This document shows positions 37,396 to 46,345 of a stretch of 64,000 bases of DNA, one piece after another. The notes under the pieces were generated by a model. It searched no databases, had not been told where the DNA came from, and was given only the letters and a program-made list of their open reading frames with translations. The stretch is from Hormiphora californensis (Eukaryota; Animalia; Ctenophora): NCBI GenBank assembly GCA_020137815.1, contig CM035361.1:1488001-1552000 (forward strand), given 5' to 3'. The first letter of the stretch is position 1. Each line of letters starts with the position of its first letter. Position numbers and translations under genes: made by a program.

Positions 37396-37707
37396 CTGTG
37401 CCAGTTTCCTCTCACTCTATTTGAACTACGGTGTACAGCTCTTCAGTTCTCTGCTCCTGGGGCTGCTCCGTTGGAATTTCTTCGGAATTCTGCTCCACAG
37501 GTGGTGCAGCAGAGAGAACAGTGATTATGCTGTCTTGTAAAATCTCGATCTTGGTATTGATCCGGGAACAGGATTCCATGTGTCAGCTGTGCTAGGTTCC
37601 TCTCAATCCTTTTGAACTACGGTGTCAGTGCAGTAGTGGGTTCACCCTCGATAAAATCGTGTGGTAGTCAGGCTAGGTCTCCATGGTGTAGGTGGTAAAA
37701 TTACTGA

Positions 37708-38022
37708 TTACTCGAGATCGAGTACAGTTTGGGCTGGTTCTTCCTCGGATTTCAAATGGTTCTGGTCCGTATTCTCGGGTCCATTTAACTCCGTTTCCAC
37801 GATCATTTGGAGCTTGTTAAGGGAGTCTGTAACATGTTTCAACATTTTCTGTGATCAGGTTGGAGTTTGTGGCAACTGTCCTTGCTGCCTCAACATCAGC
37901 TTGATACATGGGTAGCAGGCGGTCACTTGCATTCCGGTCTTCTTGATGAGCAACAGTCCTGCCACCATAATGCCGGTTAAGATGACAAGGGCTGCTGCCA
38001 GTATGAGTGCTTCGGCTTCCAT
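37708..38022 (-). pseudogene. TM + coiled-coil orphan family, copy C (frameshifted, internally deleted)
   Basis: MEAEALILAAALVILTGIMVAGLLLIK / LLPMYQADVEAARTVATNSNLITEN / HVTDSLNKLQMIVETEL...TVLDLE*. Confidence 0.8.
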
Positions 38023-38084
38023 TGTTGAGATTGGTTGTATCTTCGAGAGAGTAACGAAAACGTAACGAAATGAGCGAAGCAAGC

Positions 38085-38555
38085 GGGGGTTCTCTTCTGG
38101 ATTGCTTGGTACATTGGTAACAACCGGTCTTTTGCGTTTGAGGCCTTGTTCCTCCTCAACAGGTCCCACGAAGAGCACCGTCTCAGCAGATCGGACTGGT
38201 TCCAGTTTGTAGTCCGAGGACTTGGAACTAGAGTAATAGTGGTCGATACTTCAAGAGACTCAATGATAGTCTGAGTCTCAGACGTCATGTAATTTGGCCT
38301 CTTTTTCTTCAATTCAGTCTCCACTATGGTCTGCAGTTTATTGAGGGAATCGGTTACGTGTTCGAGCCTTTTCACGATATTGGTGGTAATCAGTTGTGTG
38401 TTGGAAGCCATAGTTTTAGATGCCTCAAGATCCGCAGCATACATGGGCAGCAGCATGTCATTGGCCTTGCGGAGTCTTGATGTATAGTAGGCCTGCTACC
38501 ATTATCACAGTCAGATCAGCAGGGCTGAAGTGAGTAGTATGGTTTCTTGGTCCAT
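38085..38555 (-). pseudogene. TM + coiled-coil orphan family, copy B (frameshifted)
   Basis: MDQETILLTSALLI / TVIMVAGLLYIK / MLLPMYAADLEASKTMASNTQLITTNIVKRLEHVTDSLNKLQTIVETELKKKRP / VLFVGPVEEE. Confidence 0.82.
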
Positions 38556-38659
38556 GGTTTTGTTTCTGGAAAAGTTTTGAAGAGCTTCAAATTCGAAACG
38601 AAATCGGTTGAACGAGCGGGGGATAGACGCCGTCGTTTTGGATGCCTCTATATCCGCAA

Positions 38660-38860
38660 CTGATCCACGATCATTTGGAGCTTATTTAGTGAATCAGTCA
38701 GGTGTGCAAGTCTTTTAGCTTTCGGCTATGAGGTTGGAGTTGGTAGCCACGGTTTTGGCGGCCTCCGAATCAGCTTAATACATTGGTAACAACCGGCCAT
38801 TTGCGTTTCGTAATGTGATCTTGATGTCTTCACAGCCAGTAGATCAAACAACAAAATATC
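38660..38860 (-). pseudogene. TM + coiled-coil orphan family, copy D (fragment)
   Basis: LPMY*ADSEAAKTVATNSNLI...DSLNKLQMIVD. Confidence 0.7.
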
Positions 38861-39235
38861 AAGCGCAATATCGTTTATTACTTGAACTATCAAATCTAAA
38901 TTGTTTTCTAACTGCTCCTTCATAAACACAAATATTAAAAGTACTTTATTTCATTTTCATAGTTGTATTCACAGTTAACTTTTGGGAGTTTGTGAATATT
39001 TCAGAAGATATTTTAGCGATTCAGTCTTCATGGTTACCGATACAGCTGCCATGGCAACAGTAAAAATTGGCGTTTAAGGGTGACTCGGTGGAGCTGGGTT
39101 GGTCTATCGTCAGCCCCGGTGGGTGTGCTAGTCTATTGAGACCAAGCACAAGTCGTTAGCTTCGAGAGATAATTGGATAATTAATAATGCACATTGTATA
39201 ACCGTTTTTAATGATACGTATCTTACGTATCGATA

Positions 39236-39652
39236 CGGCTATTAGCAGCTCGGGACCGGTTTTAGCGATTTTTCTTCATTGGAGCTTGTTCGTATAAGAT
39301 TAGTGGGCATGACAATGATCATGAAGTTGCTATTGCATTATTATGGTCAATGCGTTATAGGGGTCCAGTTACATATTGAGACCCTGATATCAGCCCGCTG
39401 CTGACACTGTGTGTCACGCAACTCTCCATACAGTTTACATGGAAATCCCTGTCGCGTGACCACAGATACGACACAAAGCATGGTTCACGCCGACCCCCGA
39501 CCCCATCTAGAACGTGTGCCCGGGCACCAGCTGATATCGGGATCCAAAACTACAACTGGACCGTAATACAAACTCACAAAACGAGAGCAAACATTCGAAT
39601 TAGCTCCAATGAAGAAGAATCACTAAATCCGCTCCTGAGCAGCCGCCAGCCC
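39236..39652. mobile_element. Degenerate foldback MITE
   Basis: Inverted blocks ttcttcattggagct/agctccaatgaagaa, ggtccagtt/aactggacc and gatatcagc/gctgatatc. Confidence 0.7.
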
Positions 39653-39728
39653 TCGTAGTTGATTAGATGGCAACTTGTGTCTAATTCGATTCTGCTGGTC
39701 ATTCTACACAGTTTTTATGCCTTCGTTT

Positions 39729-40120
39729 CAGGGCTCTCCAGGGGGTGGTGAGGGGTGTGTGCACCCCCCCCCCCCAAAAAATTTTAGCAGCAGACCATTT
39801 GGATTGGCAAACCACCCCAAAAATACAAAAATCTTACACATGGGGAAATTCTAAACGAATTCCAGAACAAGAAAACCCGAAGGGTAGCCCTGTGATTTAA
39901 ATTTAAATTCAATCTTCATTCTTCATGACTATTTATTCCAAAGAAAAATAAAAAGCATTCATAAATCTAGAAAGTAGACGTCACAAATGATTAAAAACCC
40001 TAAAATTTGCTTGATTTAGTTAAAAAATGCGCCCCAAACCCCCCCCCCCCCCCCCCCCCCCGGGAACAGTGGCCTTCGGCCATTGCGCCCCCCAGAAACA
40101 TCGGACTGGAGCCAGCCCTG
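39729..40120. mobile_element. hAT-like MITE
   Basis: CAGGGCT...AGCCCTG termini; flanks CTTCGTTT and CTGCATTT match 6/8, consistent with a decayed 8-bp TSD. Confidence 0.55.
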
Positions 40121-40211
40121 CTGCATTTCACTCACTTTAGTCACTGAAGTGGATATATTATTATGCACTACTTTCTTAAAATTGAAATTTAGTAGTGTCG
40201 ATGCCATACCC

Positions 40212-40476
40212 CTAGAAATTTTGTGAGTTGACCGTACTCACTGTAGCATCAGCCTAATCAGCTACACGGCTATGGGACTCTGATCATGCACAGGAGAGCC
40301 GAGAGATAGTGCATGATCAGAGCAGGCACAGAGAGCTCAGTGGATTGGTTAGAAAGATCCTGACAATCACAATGAGCTCCCCCCATAGGGGTGAGGGGAC
40401 GGAGGAGGGGGGAGGTATGAGGTTCATCACTCCTCACGGGTAAAATCACGCTCCCCTTACTCCTCCGTCACCCTCG
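40212..40476. other. Multi-hairpin element, copy 2
   Basis: Near-identical to 36963-37232, with most stems retained. The minus strand ends hairpin-AAAATTT-CTAG. Confidence 0.85.
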
Positions 40477-40556
40477 GTAAAATCGTGTGGACATCAGTTT
40501 CCGTGGTGTTCGTAAAATCTTGTGTTGTGCAGTGTTTCCACTGTCCATTATACTGA

Positions 40557-41072
40557 TTACTCGATGTCGAGTACAGTGTTTTCCTCTCCGGATTTTTGTC
40601 CGGGTTCGAGGGGGTTCTGGGAATCCTCAGAATCAGGTTCTTGCTCCTCCCCAGTGGGTCCAACGTAGATGATAGTCTCGACGGATCGGACTTGTTCCAG
40701 CCGAGGACTAGGGACCGGGCTCGTCACAGGACTCATGACAGGGGTCATGGATGTACAAGACTCCATTGATTCTATCAGAGTCTGTGAGCCTGAAGTCATC
40801 ATAATGGGGCGCTTTTTCTTCAACTCCATTTCAACAATCGTCTGGAGTTTAGTGAGGGATTCGGTGACATGTGCCAGCCTCTTCATCACATTCTCCGTGA
40901 TCAGGGTGGAGTTGTCTGCCACGGCTTTGGCCGCCTCCACGTCAGCTTTGTACATCGGCAACAAGAGTGCGTTAGTTGACTTTATCGTTGCTCTAATCTT
41001 TACCAGTCCTGCCACCATAACACAGGCCAGGATGACAAGTGATATCGTTAAGATAATGCTGTCTGGATCCAT
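40557..41072 (-). CDS. TM + coiled-coil orphan family, copy A (intact, 171 aa, intronless)
   Basis: MDPDSIILTISLVILACVMVAGLVKI (N-terminal hydrophobic helix), a heptad-like segment to ...VEMELKKKRP, then an S/T-P-rich and acidic tail. Conserved at the amino-acid level with copies B-D. Confidence 0.8.
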   Translation of the reverse strand: MDPDSIILTISLVILACVMVAGLVKIRATIKSTNALLLPMYKADVEAAKAVADNSTLITENVMKRLAHVTESLTKLQTIVEMELKKKRPIMMTSGSQTLIESMESCTSMTPVMSPVTSPVPSPRLEQVRSVETIIYVGPTGEEQEPDSEDSQNPLEPGQKSGEENTVLDIE

Positions 41073-41089
41073 CTTTCGGGTTTGTGGTT

Positions 41090-41275
41090 TGTCTTTGACA
41101 GAGCGTTGAAAACGAAACGTAATGTGGATAGCAAACGGGGGATAAGTTCTGCACGTGCAAACAAACACACAAACTGGGTGAATTATTGTTGCTATAGCAA
41201 CACGTGCAGATGGGTCCTGCCTTCTTACAATCACCCTCAGTCAGTTAAACACCCAGCACTTCAATTTCAAACAAG
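41090..41275 (-). promoter_or_regulatory. Conserved upstream region of the TM-CC gene, with an RFX X-box flanked by two E-boxes
   Basis: GTTGCTATAGCAAC at 41188-41201; CACGTG at 41152 and 41201. The same block recurs inverted at ~63805-64000. Confidence 0.65.
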
Positions 41276-41758
41276 CCAGAATCAAAATAGAAACTTTCAG
41301 ATATCTATAATTTTCAGAAAATGGTGTTTTTAATCTGACATCTGTCATTTAACTACAAGGTAGCTCAGTAAGTTTCACAGTGAAACTTTCACTATGTTAC
41401 TAAGGTCTAAGTGTACTGTGTATTTACTAAGTGAGCACTGAGCTTCCTTTCTTTGCCATGCTATGTCCCAATTGGCCCACTTTTTTAATGTACCCATGCA
41501 CTAAAACGTAGGGCGCGAAACCGTCGTTACGATACAAGGACCAACAAGTTCGCGCGCTGTAAACTTATCCCGCGCAGTGCCTGATTGGTGTTGGTAAGGG
41601 CCTCCGATATTTACTATTCTGAGTTTGGGCACGTCGCGCAATCCCCTGACCCCTGTACGTCTCCGACGTCATTGGCAGCTTCGTTGCCAAATTCTGATTC
41701 CCAACTTCGAATTAGATTGTAACTCCCATTAACATTTTTCCTCCTCTAGCGAACAGTC

Positions 41759-42506
41759 ATGGAGAATAAGAAGGCAAACAGCAACTGTGCTACGCAAACA
41801 GAAAATCCTTCATACTGTTCAACTTCAACTGGAAATTCCAGTAGAATGGAGATTAAGAAGAGCAACTGTACTACTGAAACAGCAAGTTCTCCCTGTCCTT
41901 GGTGTAGATTCAAGTGTACACCTAACCAGCCTAATACCACTCTCGATCTCGACCAAGAACTGTGTGCACCATGTAAAAGTGAGTTTCTGGTGGCATCTCC
42001 CGAGTCCCGGTGGGTTTGTTGAGTAAGGGGTGGATGAGATGAGACCCCCGAGACACAGTGAGATGGAGACAGGATGAGATAGAGACAGAGTGAGATGGGG
42101 ACAGCATGAGATGGAGACAGATTGAGACAGAGTGAGATAGAGACAACTTGAGATAGAGACAAAGTGAGATGGAGATCTGAAGGAGAGACACGAAAACAGA
42201 TCCCTAAATTTGTGATTCTACTAGTTTTATATGTATGTATTAGGGTCCATTAAGTCTGTGGCAAAACGGAGTTGTTCGCTAAATTGTGCAGAGGGTACAA
42301 CACAACATCTAATAAATGTCTTTCCAGGAGAGGCAAACATGAAGATGGAAAAGGATCAAGTGGCCCAAAGTCTGGTTGCTATACTCCGGAACAACTTTCG
42401 CTGTAGAGGGGAAACTGATGAGGAAGGGCTCTACAGGGTTAGATCTGGTTTAATGGAGATGACCGCAAAGTACCTGGAAGAATTCAAGGCAAAACGTGGA
42501 TTATAG
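41759..42506 (+). CDS. Small two-exon orphan gene (132 aa) with CxxC...CxxC and a TQT motif
   Basis: Exons 41759-41978 (donor A|GTGAGT) and 42328-42506 are in phase. CPWC...CAPC; ATQTE. Confidence 0.6.
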
Positions 42507-42720
42507 GTAACTACCTGCGCCTGTTCCCTTCTACTGTTCCCCTCTCCTGTTCCCCTCTCCTGATCTCCTCTCATGATCTCCTCTCCTGATCCCCTCTCCT
42601 GATCCCCTCTCCTGATCCCCTCTCCTGATCCCCTCTACTGATCCCCTCTCCTGATCCCCTCTCCTGATCCCCTCTCCTGTTCCCCTCCTGATGCCCTCTC
42701 CTGATCCCCTCTCCTGATCT
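42040..42720 (+). repeat. Minisatellites: gagatggagacag-type (42040-42190) and 14-bp ctctcctgatcccc (42530-42720)
   Basis: Direct tandem repeats. Confidence 0.85.
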
Positions 42721-42854
42721 GGATTAATCTGGATTGTTTATCTTGTTTATTATGATTTTGCCCTAGAGTATGACAAAAACATTCAGCAAACACTGTTTCT
42801 TGTTTCAGAAAAAAAGACATCGTTAAAAGAGAATCTGATGAGGATACGACTTAA

Positions 42855-44244
42855 GGGTACGCTAACCAAAATTTTTTTTCGAGTGCAGGGAAATCTCTCA
42901 CCGTAGGGTTGTAGGCCATGCCAAGGAGACCTCAAATATGCAATTTGAGCTCTCAAGTCGAATTCATATTTTTGCTACAGCTGCTTGAAAAATGAACTGA
43001 AAATAAGTTTTTGGCATCTTAAAAATACATTTGTAAAGATAGGATCATAAAAATTTGTGGATTTGAAGAGAACAAAGAGGTGAGTAGCCACAAAAAATGT
43101 TTTTGAAATCCGAGCTGATTTCCGGTCCTGAGATGGATTTCTTTTTTTTGACTTTAACGCCATATTTGGCCAAGTTCCGAAAATATGTGAAAGCTGTAAA
43201 TTGGTCAAAAGTTGCGTCTAACGATTCTCCATATGGCCATAAATTTTGGGCGCGTCCTTATTTGAGATAAGCTGTACAGAGGTTTTTTTGTGAAAGCCGT
43301 CATTTCAGAAATAAATAAATTCCCTGTATCTCAAAAACGACTGATCGTAGAGACCTGAGACTATGCTTAAACGATTCAGAAGGTCCGATTTTGGGGGGGT
43401 CTTCTGAGAGACATTTTGCTCCTACTTCAACCGTTTTTGCTGTAATTGCGAAAAACAAAAATCCATCTTCGCCATCGTGGATTTTTTGTGATTTTGTTTT
43501 TGGTGATTATAGGGACCCATATGGACCAAATAGTGAAGAAAGTAGCTTGTTACACATTTTTCCATAGTTTCGGTCCTTTCTTAGCTAAAATTCCCTAATT
43601 ACAGGATATTGGATTTTAGCTTTTGCCCTTTTCATAGAATTTGTTTTTCGCAATTACAGCAAAAACGGTTGAAGTAAGAGCAAAATGTCTCTCAGAAGAC
43701 CCCCCCAAAATCGGACCTTCTGAATCGTTTAAGCATAGTCTCAGGTCTCTACGATCAGTCGTTTTTGAGATACAGGGAATTTATTTATTTCTAAAATGAC
43801 GGCTTTCACAAAAAAACCTCTGTACAGCGTATCTCAAATAAGGACACGCCCAAAATTTATGGCCACTTAGATAATCGTTAGACGCAACTTTTCACCAATT
43901 TACAGCTTTCACATGTTTTCGGAACTTTGCCAAATAGGGCGTTAAAGTGGAAAAAAAGAAATCCATCTCAGGACCGGAAATCAGCTCGGATTGCAAAAAA
44001 AATTTTTGTGGTTATTCACCTTCATGTCCTCTTCAAATCCCCAAATTTTCATGCTCCTATCTTTAAAATAATTTTTTTGAGATGCCAAAAACGTATTTAC
44101 AGGACATTTTTTAAACAGCTGTAGCAAAAATATGAATTCGACTTAAGGGCTAAAATTGCATATTTGAGGTCTCCTTGGCATGGCCTACAACCCTACGGTG
44201 AGAGATTTCCCTGCACTCGAAAAAAAATTTTGGTTAGCGTACCC
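42855..44244. mobile_element. Kolobok-like foldback element with ~600-bp inverted arms
   Basis: TTAA|GGGTACGCTAACC...GGTTAGCGTACCC|TTAA; arms at 42855-43460 and ~43643-44244. A TTAA TSD with purine-purine termini fits Kolobok rather than piggyBac. Confidence 0.9.
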
Positions 44245-44546
44245 TTAATACTCATAGTTAATTAGCAGCTGTTATCAGCGTGGAGCTCCCAAGTCCCAGC
44301 TCAACCAAAACCAAGCAATGGAATCACAGACTCGAATCATTTCCCCTCATTTTTTATCTTTTTCATTTCACTTTTTATTTCTTTAAATTCTTGTTTCAAT
44401 ATTTTCACTATCATAATTCCTAACCATCTACACCTTGCAGTCAGATAAGTTACCCCCATACCCCCTCCCCCCCCCCCCCCCCCCTCTTACCTCTTACTTC
44501 CAACACACTCTTCCATTTGTAGTTGCTAGATAGTTGTTACCAAATA

Positions 44547-44990
44547 ATGGAGAATAAAAGGATGAAGATCGACAGCTGCGGAGAGGAATCACCAACGGAG
44601 TCTCATGTCACTGTACCAATACCAGCTGAACTACTAGGTATGTGAGGTTCCCTTGGCATTTCCAGGGGCCTTTAATCTCTATCCATCTCCTTGCAACTGA
44701 GGCCCCACGCGAAACGAGTCCTGCGAAGCGGGCCGAGTAGTGACTGCGCCACCAATCTATTTCACTATTCTACTACTCCACAAATTTCAGTGGAAAAATG
44801 GAGAGAGTGGATCGAAGATGACGAAGATGACGAAAACGACCCGCTCTATCTTGCCGTTCGTGCAACCTTTATGGAACTGAAGAGACAATGTGAACCATAT
44901 GGCGACTATATGGAAGCGTGGAAGATGTTAATACAGAGGCTCATTGAGTTGCCAATTAGAAATAAACCTAAAGTGGTGAATGAGGAATGA
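44547..44990 (+). CDS. Small two-exon orphan gene (96 aa)
   Basis: Exons 44547-44637 (MENKRMKIDSCGEESP...) and 44791-44990 (VEKWREWIEDDEDDENDPLYLAVRATFMELKRQCEPYGDYMEAWKMLIQRLIELP...) are in phase. Confidence 0.65.
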
Positions 44991-45179
44991 GGATTCACAC
45001 ACTTCATTTCCCCCTCATTTTTATCTTTTTCATTTCACTTTTATTTCGCTGCCATCTTGTTTCATTTTCGCTATCATGATTCCTAACCATCTACAGTCAC
45101 TCACTACATCTTGTAGTCAGACAAGTGCAGTGCCACACCCACCTCACATTAACAAGTGTTCATTTTCTAGCTGCTAGCA

Positions 45180-45452
45180 ATGGATGATAAAAGGGGGAGA
45201 ATCAGCGACTGCGGAATGGGATCAACAGTTCATTCCTGTCTAAGTCTAAACTCTAACTCGTCCCCACACCACAACAAACTAAAGTATAGGTGAGACTGAG
45301 ACATGATATTTCTATCCCTCTTTTGATTGGTTCCTTATTGGTTTTACTCGGCCCTCCATTCTCATTCATTGTCATCATCGGGGGGGGGGGGATCATCGGA
45401 TGTGACCAATGTGAAACTAATTACGGGATGAACTTGTTATTCCTTTTTTCCG

Positions 45453-45492
<40 letters not shown>

Positions 45493-45935
45493 TCTTGATA
45501 ACATCTTTGTTTATTGTGTTGATCTCTGATTTAGAGAGCATATGGTGTTGTTTTGTTCTTCATGTCCCATTCATGTTTAGTTAAAACACCCACAACACTT
45601 ACCAGCTTTTTTTCAAATCCTCTGCATCATGTTCGGTATCCATATTCTATATCTTTCGTTTGGCACCCATCATCTTATTTAGTTGTGTTTATAGACTAAA
45701 GACCATCCATACAATTCCACCGCCATTTGTAATACCAGTATCGGACCGAGCGCACGTACATTACCCGCCGTCCTTCCTTCAAAGAAAACTGGGGGAATAT
45801 ACTTCCAGGGTATGTCCGACAACAGGGTGGTTTTTTTGTGTCGAGATTCTCTGCATGACAGAAATGAGTGAAATTCAATTTTATATTCTTCCCGCTACAC
45901 CGTGTTGTTGTGTTTCAATATTTGTTTCCAGCTAA
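45180..45935 (+). CDS. Small orphan gene (MDDKRGRISDCG...); 3' end uncertain
   Basis: Exon 45180-45289 (AG|GTGAG) joins 45695 in phase. The upstream spacer and N-terminus are paralogous to the 44547 gene. Confidence 0.45.
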
Positions 45936-46004
45936 CCATCCTATCTTGGGCAGTCATTACGTACTATATCGTTGTAAGTAGCTTGAATTGTGCATTTGGA
46001 TGGA

Positions 46005-46245
46005 TGCCGAAGTGAACTGTCTGCCTGAAGACGAGAGAATGTACTGAGTATAGAAAGTGCACTGTATAGATCTGCCTGGAGAGAATGTACTGAGTATAGA
46101 AAGTGCACTGTATAGATCTGGCCTGCGAGGAGAATGTATGAGTAATAGAAAGTGCACCTGTATAGAATGCCGGAGGAGAATTACTATATGTAGCATGTAT
46201 AATCGAAGAGTATAGTATAGAAAGTGCACTGTATAGATATGCTGC
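46005..46245 (+). repeat. ~47-bp minisatellite (gagaatgtactgagtatagaaagtgcactgtatagatctg)
   Basis: About five degenerate tandem copies. Confidence 0.85.
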
Positions 46246-46345
46246 AGAGTTGTAGATCACTGTTATACATTAATTGTTATACATTAATTGAAAAGCTATA
46301 AGAGACGGCCTGGTGGTCTCTCTGTGTGCAACTATAATTTAGCAT

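Noticed and set aside
40557-41234. 225-aa version of the TM-CC ORF given in the ORF track
   Set aside because: The extension runs through the conserved promoter from a non-ATG start. Paralogues B and C start at the Met equivalent to 41072, so 171 aa is preferred.
44690-44745. Possible hammerhead ribozyme (CTGAG...GAAAC...GTA)
   Set aside because: The core lacks CUGANGA, and stems I and II do not pair; at best a decayed relic.
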